The notes under the pieces are model-generated. The model was not told where the DNA came from, made no database searches, and saw nothing but the letters and a program-made list of their open reading frames with translations. A stretch of 32,000 bases of DNA from the NCBI GenBank assembly GCA_054661495.1, contig BAAFSQ010000100.1, positions 1,064-33,063 on the forward strand, read 5' to 3'. This document shows, piece by piece, positions 1-9,756 of this stretch; the first letter of the stretch is position 1, and each line of letters opens with the position of its first letter. Source of the DNA: Zygophlyctis sp. KS116. Its lineage: Eukaryota; Fungi; Chytridiomycota. The position numbers and the translations under genes were made by a program.

Positions 1-663
1 TGAATTTGAAACATTTTTTAAGAATTTGGCAGCTTTTGATCCTTTAAGAATATTTAAAGGTGCGATTCCTTGTTCCCCTGTAATTTCATTTAAACATAGT
101 CCCCATCCATCACTAAAAACCATTAAAACCCTAATTTCTTGACCAAATTGTAAACTAATTTCATTAATCCTTTCAGCCATTCTATCAACCACACAAGTAT
201 AACTCCCTGGCTCTTTGACAAGAATGTCATCTGATATTGATAATTTCTTTACTAGCTTTGGTTTATTTTCCTTATTCTCAAACTGATGCTCATCAAACTC
301 TCGATCTGAAACCTGAAATCCACTTGTAGACTTCAAGATTGATAGTGGAACGATGCCTTCTTCTCCTGATTCTTCATTTATACAATGTCCCCAACCATCA
401 CTAAACGCCATCATCAATCTTACAGATTGAAACTTTTGCAATGAGAGCTCATTTGATTGTGTTGCAATTCTTTCGGACATTGCCATATACATTCCAGCGG
501 CAAAATAAATGTCCGGTGAATGATCTGCTGCTAGATCGGTTCGACTGATTACAGCATCTTTCAGACTTTTACTTAAACCTTCAAGTTTTGCTTCCAGCTC
601 TTCAGCTCTTCCCTTAAGTCTTGAAATTCTTGCCTGGCGATCATTTCTCTTGATCATGGTCAT
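1..663 (-). CDS. Tandem SH3-like domain protein with N-terminal coiled coil (3' end runs off the window)
   Basis: Not in the ORF track. Manual translation from ATG at 663 gives 221 open codons: MTMIKRNDRQARISRLKGRAEELEAKLEGL..., then two repeats, NELSLQKFQSVRLMMAFSDGWGHCINEESGEEGIVPLSIL and NEISLQFGQEIRVLMVFSDGWGLCLNEITGEQGIAPLNIL, matching the SH3 pattern ELS..G..I.V....DGW..G.....G..P. Confidence 0.8.
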   Translation of the reverse strand, partial: MTMIKRNDRQARISRLKGRAEELEAKLEGLSKSLKDAVISRTDLAADHSPDIYFAAGMYMAMSERIATQSNELSLQKFQSVRLMMAFSDGWGHCINEESGEEGIVPLSILKSTSGFQVSDREFDEHQFENKENKPKLVKKLSISDDILVKEPGSYTCVVDRMAERINEISLQFGQEIRVLMVFSDGWGLCLNEITGEQGIAPLNILKGSKAAKFLKNVSNS

Positions 664-810
664 TAAGGAACTTGCCTACAAATTTTTCCTGTGCAAAGAA
701 ATTTTTGTTGACAGGTCCAGGTCTTAAACCTAAATTTTTGAAATTTGAAAGAGTGGTGGATGGTCAGGGGGTTCTAATCTTCTACTTTAAACCTCATACT
801 ACAAGAAAGG

Positions 811-1987
811 ATGAACCTCTTATGGAACAAAAAATATCTTAAACAGATCATAGTAATAATATCATCAATTATTCTCTTAATCATGGGATTAAACCTAGAA
901 AATGATTTTACAAAACAAGCAATTTATCTCTTGGCTACATCGACATTCTTTCTCGGTCTAGGTCAAAGTTCAAACCTACTATTGGCAAGTTTACTGCTAA
1001 ATGTCTTGGGTTTTGTGATTTTTAACAAATCCAATCATGAAACATTTTACGAAATTTCGAATTTTTCAGTCTCATCAGACTTGCAATTACAAAAACAATC
1101 ACAAAAGCCTTTAAAACTACGAATTCAACTTTTGGATCCACAATTTAGGGTTACTGTCGACCCTAATAACAAACCTCCGCAGATTTTGGCCGTGAGCAAA
1201 GGAAGAGTTAAAGAGTGCAATCTATTTCAATCCTCTTCAAGCGATTTTGATGAATCGCGATTATATTTTCTTAATTATACAATGGTATGTGATCAGATGG
1301 TATCTAATACAATTTATACAATAATTAAATTTGAAAAAGAAAAAACAGGTACCTCATTTTATTCAAATTATAGGATTCTGTTGTGATTCAAGTCAATGCT
1401 TTCCAGTATTATCTCATAAAATTAACTGCAATCACTTATTCAAGAATTCTTTCTTTTCAGATCGTGACTCTTATAAAAAAATGGAATTACAAGTACTGCC
1501 AAAAAAGGAAGTTTTGGAATTGAATTCAGTAGCGACATCTAAACAACCCCAAATAGAAAACCCATCATGTCAGAACTGGCAATCTTACATCCCAAACCTT
1601 TTAGATCGATATTTGAGAAGGAATTTGGTGATTTCTGATATAGAAACAACTCTTACTAATAAAGAGATCGTCAATAATACCAAAAGAACATCCTCGACTT
1701 TAAATTCTGCTGATTGCTCAAATGAAACATTAAATTCTGCTGATTTCTCAAATGCATCTTATAATGCTTATCTAGAATTTGATTTAAATCTAGATAAAAA
1801 GAGTCAAAAATTCGTATCATTGGATAATCCATCATCTGTGATCAAGATTTCAAATGGCTTAATGCAAATTTCTACTATACGATTTTGGCAAGTTTTAATG
1901 TTTTGCGGTTTAATGCTTCTCTTCATAACATTTTGCTGGGTAATGTTCATGGTACTGATTGAATTTTTCTCTCTAGAGTATTCATAA
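811..1987 (+). CDS. Hypothetical multi-pass membrane protein (2 exons)
   Basis: ORFs 811-1386 and 1331-1987 are joined by a 25-nt GT-AG intron at 1349-1373 (EKT-G-FCCD). Three N-terminal hydrophobic segments and one C-terminal one. No family recognised. Confidence 0.65.
1697..1756 (+). repeat. Two-copy 30-bp coding tandem repeat (TLNSADCSNE / TLNSADFSNA)
   Basis: acttTAAATTCTGCTGATTgCTCAAATGaa followed by acatTAAATTCTGCTGATTtCTCAAATGca. Confidence 0.8.
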
Positions 1988-2116
1988 TAAAAATTGGTTT
2001 GATCATTAATTGAATCTAAATATTGAGAGTAGAACGTCTGCGCTTCCGACCAAACGCCAAGCCTTTCAGACATATGTTGGCACCTGTGGCTTTAATGCTT
2101 TATGATTTATTGAAGA

Positions 2117-3727
2117 ATGCTTAATCCCGCATTGAACTATTGGATCTTACTCTCTACAATTTTGCTATTTGCCTTGCCTGCTGTTTGCCGTGAGGAAGAG
2201 ATTGTAGAAATTGATCATGTTGATTCCCGATCGGGACAGGTCTGAGTATTTAGCTGATGATTAGATTTATGATAAACTGGGAAGATCTAGAATATTTCAT
2301 GGAGTCAATATTGTTTACAAGGCATTTCCATACTATCCGGACTTGGACAACTTTGATCCGCGGTGGAGTTTCTCAATGGAGGATGTTAATCTATTGGCTG
2401 ATCTTGGGATGAATATGATCAGACTTGATGTTTCATGGGCAGGAGCAGAACCCGAAAGAGGAAAGTATAATCAGACATATTTTGAAGTGGTACATAGGAT
2501 CGTTGATATGTGCAAAAGTCGTGGGATTTACGTACTTTTAGAGTGGCACCAAGATATTTTCTCTGAACGATATTGCGGTAATGGGGCTCCTCTATGGGCT
2601 TCAAGACCACTTGACCGTGGAAATAGATTCGGGTTTCCTTTTCCAATGGGGCGGCCATTTAAGATTAATTCGTTATCCGGACTTCCGGATGCAAAACAAT
2701 GCGATAATTTTTTTGTCCTGGGATATGGTAGCTACGCTCTTAGTCAAGCTTATGAAGATTTATATTTTAATTTTAATGGTATAAGGGACTCATTTGTCGA
2801 CTTTTGGAAAAAGGTTGCAGTTGAATTTAGAAATTCTTCAAACGTGATTGGCTATGAATTTATTAATGGTAACTCTATTTCTTTAAAATTAGAGCCTTGG
2901 GTAGGCCAATGGGCACATGATCCATTTATTTTGACAAAGAAAGCAGATCGTACACGTCTTCAGCCATTTTATGAAGCTATATCTAGTGGAGTGAGACAAG
3001 TTGATGATCAAAAACTCTTCTTCATTGAATCTATTAATATAGATTTGTTTCAAATTGGATTTACTAAATTTCCAGTAGCTCCAGAATACCTTAACAAGAC
3101 TGTTCTATCTTGGCATTTTTACTGGAATCCACTTGGAAAACAGAGATATATCAAGGCTAGATTTGATGAAGCCCGTAGATTCCACACTGTTTCTTTTGCA
3201 TCAGAAATTGATATCAGCTGGAAAGATGGAATCTCCAAGTTGTAATTATCTTCTTATTTAACAGTCGAAGATTAAACAAAAAAGTTTCGAATACATTAGA
3301 AACTATAAAAATGTTGGATAAATACAAAGTATCCTGGCTTGGATGGGAATATAAGACTTTTGTGAGAAAGACTGGATTTAATGATGGGATTTTCGATGAA
3401 TCAAATGGCGAAAAGAGATCTGAAGTTCTAAAAGCGTATTCACGCCCATACGCACATGCAGTGCCAGGCGTGATTGACTATATGAATTACGATGATGATA
3501 GAGGAAATTTCACTTTGATATGGACTGTCCCCCCATATTATTCTTCTAAAGGCGCAGTGATATCTACGGGAAAACGTTGGCATTATCCAAAAGGAATGTT
3601 GGTTAAATTGACTCCAAACATTTCTGATTCATATCATGAAAATGGCGCTATACTATACGTGAATAATGCAAGAAGACAATATCCTCAAACTATAAAGATA
3701 GAACTTCTTCGTGCAGATTCATATTAA
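2117..3727 (+). CDS. Secreted glycoside hydrolase family 5, endoglycoceramidase-like, copy 1 (4 exons)
   Basis: ATG 2117 with signal peptide (ILLSTILLFALPAVC). Introns 2240-2264, 2869-2892 and 3242-3264. Motifs GRSRIFHGVNIVYK, WAGAEP, HQD, GYEFINEP (acid/base, restored by splicing), WHFY, SEI (nucleophile), SWLGWEYK, C-terminal RPYAHAVPG. Confidence 0.9.
2143..2612 (+). repeat. 470-bp direct repeat, identical to 3862-4331
   Basis: Read by eye as base-for-base identical at offset 1719, including the 25-nt first intron. Flanks diverge abruptly. Confidence 0.9.
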
Positions 3728-3850
3728 CAATAAACTCATTGTATTTCTAGGAAAAACAGCCATTTATTCGCTGCTTACCAGTCAAATTTAGGGGATCCGC
3801 TTGTTTACACTGATCAGCCTCTTTCCACTAGGCAATACTTGAACTTTATA

Positions 3851-5428
3851 ATGTACTTAAAGATCTTACTCTCTACAATTTTGCTATTTGCCTTGCCTGC
3901 TGTTTGCCGTGAGGAAGAGATTGTAGAAATTGATCATGTTGATTCCCGATCGGGACAGGTCTGAGTATTTAGCTGATGATTAGATTTATGATAAACTGGG
4001 AAGATCTAGAATATTTCATGGAGTCAATATTGTTTACAAGGCATTTCCATACTATCCGGACTTGGACAACTTTGATCCGCGGTGGAGTTTCTCAATGGAG
4101 GATGTTAATCTATTGGCTGATCTTGGGATGAATATGATCAGACTTGATGTTTCATGGGCAGGAGCAGAACCCGAAAGAGGAAAGTATAATCAGACATATT
4201 TTGAAGTGGTACATAGGATCGTTGATATGTGCAAAAGTCGTGGGATTTACGTACTTTTAGAGTGGCACCAAGATATTTTCTCTGAACGATATTGCGGTAA
4301 TGGGGCTCCTCTATGGGCTTCAAGACCACTTATTCACGGGGATAGATTTAGATTCCCGTTTCCTTGGAGTAAAACCAGAGTCGCATTATATCACAATGGG
4401 CCAATGAATGAAGAAACATGTTCAGGATTAAATTTTGCGAATGGATATTTTAATTTTGAACTCTCTCAGGCTTTTGAAGACCTGTACTTAAATTACAATG
4501 GGGTCAGAGATTCATTTGTTAATTTTTGGAGAAAAATAGCATCTGAATTCAAGAATGAGTCTAATGTTGTCGGCTATGAATTTATAAATGGTAACTTAAA
4601 TTAAAAGTAATATTAGAACCCTGGGTTGGACAATTTTGGAAGAATCCGGGGCTGATTTATACTCCAAATGCTGACTTTAATCGTCTTCAACCTCTTTACG
4701 AGTTATTACACGAAGCAGTTCGTAAAATTGACACTGAAAAGCTAATTTTCTATGAACCAGTTCCTGTCGATTTGCAAAAAGTTGGTTTTAAATCTCTTCC
4801 TGGCTCTAGTGATCAAAAATCTGTTCTTTCATGGCATTTTTACTGGAATCCAGTTGGAAAATCAGCAGTTTTTCAAGGTAGAATTCAAGATTCAAAGAGA
4901 CTTAATGTTGTACCATTTGTTTCTGAATTTGATATAACATGGGATGGATCCTTGAGAAGAAATTTAGAAGTTGATGAAGGGGGCCTTCAAGTCAATGATT
5001 CTCTAGATACTATGAAAAGATTAGACTCTGATTTAATTTCATGGCTTGGATGGGAATATAAAACTTATATCAAAAAGACTGGATACGGCGAAGGAATTTT
5101 TGATAGTATTAATCAAGTTCAAAGACCTGACATGATCAAACTCTATTCACGACCATTTGCACAATCTGTTTCTGGAAAAATAATTTACATGGATTATGAT
5201 GATCAAGAGAATACGTTCAAGTTAAGTTGGGAAATTCCGCCATTTTCACTGTCAAAATCTTCCACTGTTATCTCTACAGGAAGAAAATGGCATTATCCAA
5301 ATGGAATGGTAGTTACTATAACCCCCAATGATACCACTTCGTATCTTTTAAAGGACAATTTGATGTTTGTGAATGCTCAAAGCCGCCAATTTACACAAAT
5401 TATTAATTTGACATTAACTAGAAAATAG
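3851..5428 (+). CDS. Secreted glycoside hydrolase family 5, endoglycoceramidase-like, copy 2 (3 exons)
   Basis: ATG 3851 (MYLKILLSTILLFALPAVC). Introns 3959-3983 and 4591-4616 (the second restores NEPW). Motifs SEF, SWLGWEYK and RPFAQSVSG. Confidence 0.9.
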
Positions 5429-5472
5429 ATCAAGTTTTATATAATGCGGAATAATGGTTGCATACTGAGTTT

Positions 5473-5531
5473 GGGACAATAAGGGACAATGAGGGACAAT
5501 ATGAGCCAATAGGTTAGCTGGTGCGGGGCGG
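5473..5531 (+). promoter_or_regulatory. Phased GGGACAAT x3 plus CCAAT (10-bp period) followed by a GC box, upstream of the BTB gene
   Basis: GGGACAAT at 5473, 5483 and 5493, GAGCCAAT at 5503, GGGGCGG at about 5526-5532, in a 135-bp intergenic gap. Regulatory function is inferred from position only. Confidence 0.4.
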
Positions 5532-5563
5532 TCACCTTGTCCGAATTTAGAAAAAAAAAGTTG

Positions 5564-6508
5564 ATGATGACGCAAATCGAAACAGTTCCCACACATAATG
5601 ATATAATATGTTCTTCCTTGTACTCTAACGGATATGTCAAAGGACTATATTCTGATCTTACACTTCGAATTCATTCTACAAACTTGTCTATGGACGGAAT
5701 TCATTTTAAAATTCATAAACTCTTGGCCGTCAAGTCTCCACTTTTAGCATCATGCTTATCAAATGAATCTGAAATTAATTTGACTCTAAATGATTCAAAC
5801 ATCACTCCTGAAGGTCTAGGAATAGCTATTGGTCATTTGTATGCTTCATACTCTTCTTCTATCCTCATTTCTTCTTTAACAGGTTCCACTAGCCTCCAAA
5901 GAGCTAAACTTTTGAAAAGTGTTCTCTCGGCAGCGTCTCTTTTGAGATTAGCTGATTTAGTTCATTTGGTTTCCACTTTAATAACTACAGATATTTGTTT
6001 AGAAAATGTTGTCGAATATGTTTATCTGGAAGAATATTCCAATGCTGAAATTTCAAAGAATATTTTTGAATTTTTAACTAGAGGTAAAAAAAAGTTTTTA
6101 TAAGTATTATTAGGAATCTTCAAGAAACTTGATAATCCATGGAACAAGTCTTTAGAAACTTATGATCAACTAGTATCTGTATTTTCAAAACTTAACTTTG
6201 AATTACTTAAAAAAGTAATTGAATCAAAGGAATTTCAAGTCCCAAGTGATATGGAAAGATTTTCATTTGCTAAAAAAGTGGTCTCTGTTCGTGCTGCTCG
6301 CAATCCAAAAACAAATCTTAATTATGCTGGCGAAGAGAATGTATTATTATCTTTTGGATTGAAATCTGGTGAATCTGGTGAATCTGGTGTTACTTTAGTT
6401 AGAAAATCTCCCAAATCTCTAAACTCCAAAAAAAGCCTTGCACAACCCAGTAATCTCTTGTCTTTAAGTGAACGCAAGATTTGGAAGGCTTTTGAAACAT
6501 CTGATTAA
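5564..6508 (+). CDS. BTB/POZ domain protein (2 exons)
   Basis: GLYSDLTLRI...FKIHKLLAVKSPLL is a BTB start. A 30-nt intron at 6084-6113 joins to ...LNFELLKKVIESKEFQVPSDMERFSFAKKVV, a BACK-like tail. Confidence 0.8.
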
Positions 6509-6594
6509 TTTAATGCCTAATAAAATCTTTGCGTTTAATGCAAATCTTTTGAACTGTTACTAGGTTAAATTGACCCCAACACTACGCAATTTTT

Positions 6595-6786
6595 ATGACT
6601 GCAAGTCCAAAAACAGAAAAGATTACACGGAAAGAAAAGATTTCTGAATTACTATCAACTGCTCATACAATTGAATCTAAATTACTACAACTCAGTCAAG
6701 ATCTCAATACTCACATTAACACTCAAAGATTTTGTATTATAGAATATAGATCAAGCCTCAGGAGTCTTAAAATCCAGAATGTTTAG
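6595..6786 (+). CDS. Small hypothetical coiled-coil protein (63 aa)
   Basis: ATG-initiated ORF filling an otherwise unusually large gap. Heptad-like leucine spacing. No motif recognised. Confidence 0.35.
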   Translation: MTASPKTEKITRKEKISELLSTAHTIESKLLQLSQDLNTHINTQRFCIIEYRSSLRSLKIQNV

Positions 6787-6846
6787 GTTCTAAGCCTTAG
6801 TTTAGGGTTGTCAAGCAAATTAACAAAGATTTAAATCTAGTGATAA

Positions 6847-7398
6847 ATGTTTTTTTTATATATGGCTGTATTCCTGACAATTGTCTCATCCTCCTTGACT
6901 GGAAGAGAAGTTTTGGACAATCCTAGAAATAGACTTGAAAGTCTTGATTTACAGCCTATTATTGAAAGAGATTTTCAGAAACGTTTAAATTCTCTAAGGG
7001 CAAGGGCTAGTGAGACCTCGCAAGATCTAGATCACCGGCTTAAAATCACAAAAAATTTAGTTCCAGCTTTAGAACAGAAATTAGAGGACTGGAGAAATGC
7101 ACTCTCTTTTTTAGATGGACACAAATATTCTCCTGAATGGTTCAACAATATTAGGCGTATGTTGAAATTACCTACTGTGTCAGAGCAGGGTGCCAAAATA
7201 GGTGGATTTAGGTCCAAGACAAGGGTAGCAATTCTGAAAGAAATTAAAGATTTACATGAAAAAATCAAGGATTGCAAGTCTAAAATAGAGAATTTGGATG
7301 AACAAATCACAAATGCTATATTGTCAGATTTTGTTGAAATTCGTAAAAATTTAAAGGATGAAAATGGATGGGAAATTATTTTTGATTATGGTCGGTAA
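6847..7398 (+). CDS. Hypothetical secreted coiled-coil protein (3' end may be spliced)
   Basis: Signal peptide MFFLYMAVFLTIVSS, then long heptad-rich helices. Possible GT-AG intron near 7391-7413 not resolved. Confidence 0.6.
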   Translation: MFFLYMAVFLTIVSSSLTGREVLDNPRNRLESLDLQPIIERDFQKRLNSLRARASETSQDLDHRLKITKNLVPALEQKLEDWRNALSFLDGHKYSPEWFNNIRRMLKLPTVSEQGAKIGGFRSKTRVAILKEIKDLHEKIKDCKSKIENLDEQITNAILSDFVEIRKNLKDENGWEIIFDYGR

Positions 7399-7534
7399 AC
7401 TCAACTTTAAAAGGATTTGTTGACTGCCGCTAGAAGAGCTGTATATGATCTACGTAAAGGTTTTTTCTTTTAGTGCTTTCAGAAACCTCAAATAAATTTA
7501 AAAATAATGATTATAAGGGTGTTTTCTTTGAAAA

Positions 7535-9274
7535 TTACAATTCATCATCACTAGATCCTTTTTTGCAAGGTTTCTTTAATTTTCTTGCTTCTGTTTGCAT
7601 TTCTTCCCAGTCTTCCATAATTGAATTTTTAGAGGCTTCTTTAGCCTTTGCAATTCCAATCTTTCTTTTTTCTTTTTTTTCCTTACGATCGAGTCGTTTC
7701 TCCTTGAGCTGTTTTTGGTTTGACCATGATACGGGCTTACGTTTAAGAGATTTAACCTCTTTGATTTCTTTGAGTTGTTCCAAACGCTTTTTCTCCCTAT
7801 TCTTGTCCAGATAAGAAATCTTTTGAGTGTCAACTTCTACGGGTTCAAAGTCAACTTTACCTTTTGCAAGTTCAGGCATTTTTGGAAGTCTGAAAAGACC
7901 AAAAGACCTTGCAATTTTTCCTAAATCCAATTTTTTCAAATTAAAGATGAAATTAGCTTGATGTTCATTATAATATCTTATCCAACTGACAAATGCTTTG
8001 ATGCTTTTTTCATAAATATCACGATCCAATTTGTTAATTTCTATAATTTCCTTGCAGTAATCTTCAACAAACTCATCCATCGGCAGAGCTAATTCTTCCA
8101 TGGGCACTTTTCGAATCTTTAAAAATTCAATAAAAGTATCCTCTTTTGGATCTAGAAATACCAATGCCGAACCTTCTTTTCCAATCCTGGCAGTCCTTCC
8201 ACACCTATGAGAAAAAGATTTTGGATCTTGTGGAGGATCATACTGTATTACATAATCAATATCAGGAAAATCCAATCCTCTAGCAGCAATATCTGTACAA
8301 ATCAAAATCGATTTAGGTCCTGAACTTGCAAATTTTGAATATACTGCTTGTCGTCTTTTCGGGTCCATTTTCCCATGCAGAGAAAACCAATCAAATCCAT
8401 TAAACCTCTTCCAATTTGTTAATAGTTTGTAATAGTAATCTACTACTGCACACGTAGCAACATAAAGTATAAATTTCTGGTTTGGATTCATTTGTAAAAC
8501 TTGAGATAAGTTGAACCATTTCTGACTTGGCTCACTTAGTCGGTAATATATCTTTAAACCTGATGGTATCCTTTGATTTTCATTTTCCAACTGGTTAAAT
8601 TCTACTTTTGTGATTTTTACAGGATTTCTTAGTCCTACTCTACTCCATTCATTCAAAGAATCTGACATTGTAGCAGAAAATAAACCTGTTCTCCTTTGTT
8701 TTGGTAAGAATTTCAAAATTGCATTTAAAGAAAATTCGAACCCCATATCTAGTAATCTATCAGCTTCATCTAAAACTAAAACTTCCAAGTCTTTTGTATT
8801 ATATAGATAAGAGTAAGTAGTCAGTAATTCATGTATTCTACCTGGAGTTCCTACTAAAATATTCCCACCTTTTTCCTGAAATTCTTTCAAATCCTTTTCA
8901 TGATTAGATCCCCCAATCAACAACTGAGTAGACAATGAATGCTTGAATTTTTTAAAGTAAAATGAATTGACTGAATCCAAAAATAAATTTAAAATTTTAA
9001 ATATTTGTTCTGCTAGCTCTCTTGTTGGAGCGATTATTAATGCACCAATACTATGCATCCGTAATTCATTTTCTAATTTAGACTTTATCAGAATCTGTAG
9101 AGTCGGCAAAAGAAACCCTAAAGTTTTTCCAGATCCAGTAACTGCCTCTACAATCACATCCTTGTTCCTCATAAATAGAGGTAGAGTAGCTTCCTGGACA
9201 GGAGTCATTGTCTTGAAATCCAACTTTTCTAATGTCTGAAGAAGAGGCGGATAGAGATCAGAAGGGAAATTCAT
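7535..9274 (-). CDS. SPB4: DEAD-box rRNA-processing helicase Spb4/DDX55
   Basis: MTPVQ, AVTGSGKT, PTRELA, GTPGR, LDEADRLLDMGF, RRTGLFSAT, TDIAARGLD, HRCGRTARIG, and the Spb4-type C-terminus (LPKMPEL, DWEEM...ARKLKK). Intronless. Confidence 0.95.
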   Translation of the reverse strand: MNFPSDLYPPLLQTLEKLDFKTMTPVQEATLPLFMRNKDVIVEAVTGSGKTLGFLLPTLQILIKSKLENELRMHSIGALIIAPTRELAEQIFKILNLFLDSVNSFYFKKFKHSLSTQLLIGGSNHEKDLKEFQEKGGNILVGTPGRIHELLTTYSYLYNTKDLEVLVLDEADRLLDMGFEFSLNAILKFLPKQRRTGLFSATMSDSLNEWSRVGLRNPVKITKVEFNQLENENQRIPSGLKIYYRLSEPSQKWFNLSQVLQMNPNQKFILYVATCAVVDYYYKLLTNWKRFNGFDWFSLHGKMDPKRRQAVYSKFASSGPKSILICTDIAARGLDFPDIDYVIQYDPPQDPKSFSHRCGRTARIGKEGSALVFLDPKEDTFIEFLKIRKVPMEELALPMDEFVEDYCKEIIEINKLDRDIYEKSIKAFVSWIRYYNEHQANFIFNLKKLDLGKIARSFGLFRLPKMPELAKGKVDFEPVEVDTQKISYLDKNREKKRLEQLKEIKEVKSLKRKPVSWSNQKQLKEKRLDRKEKKEKRKIGIAKAKEASKNSIMEDWEEMQTEARKLKKPCKKGSSDDEL

Positions 9275-9540
9275 TTGGAAAATTCTGCCGTTGGTAGCCG
9301 CAACCCCAATTTAACGCTCTGGACAATTTCTCTCTCGATCAGGCATTTCTATTTTGTGTTGGCTGGATTGTACAAGTATCAAAGGAGAGGAATGGGTCTG
9401 CTGAGAATTTCAATTCAAGTTTGAGTGTCAACTACGTTCATGAACTACTGTACACAGACCCTAGCCCTAGACAGTAGGAACTGACTTATAAATAGTGTTG
9501 TTGACCAATTGATCCAAGTCGTTCGACAGCGTAGCAAAAC

Positions 9541-9622
9541 TGATCAGAGTGGGGTTCGAACCCACGCCACGTTAGTGAACAGAACCTGAATCTGTCGCCT
9601 TAGACCACTCGGCCATCTGACC
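9541..9622 (-). tRNA. tRNA-Leu(CAG), intronless
   Basis: Reverse complement GGTCAGATGGCCGAGTGGTCTAAGGCGACAGATTCAGGTTCTGTTCACTAACGTGGCGTGGGTTCGAACCCCACTCTGATCA: 7-bp acceptor stem, A and B boxes, anticodon stem ACAGA/TCTGT with loop TT-CAG-GT, long variable arm, discriminator A, followed by a TTTT Pol III terminator. Confidence 0.95.
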
Positions 9623-9756
9623 GTAAAAATTCTATTTTTCTCAGAATATAACTTCCAAAAATACCCTACCCCGTCGTTGTTCAACCCTAAACATTTGGTT
9701 GCCCCCTCTCTAGAATCCCCTCATCAAAGTTGAAAATAATTCTGAAGAAATTTCAT

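Noticed and set aside
1331-1987. Assignment to ciliary TMEM231 or tectonic families (FWQVL and CCD motifs)
   Set aside because: Resemblance is limited to a few residues and would need a profile search.
6595-6786. Possible SVBP (vasohibin partner) because of its similar size
   Set aside because: No recognisable similarity to the SVBP core helix; size alone is not evidence.
9385-9465. RNase P/MRP P4-like pairing or hammerhead core
   Set aside because: The paired blocks are only about 60 nt apart, and CTGCTGAG does not match the CUGAnGA core.
9541-9622. tRNA read as UCA (Sec or suppressor) or as a CUG-reassigned Ser tRNA
   Set aside because: Stem geometry places CAG at positions 34-36 with U33 and G37, and the discriminator is A, all typical of tRNA-Leu.
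6801-9691. Telo-box-like motifs (TTTAGGGTT at about 6801, AACCCTAAA at about 9683)
   Set aside because: Isolated single copies that cannot be distinguished from chance in this window.
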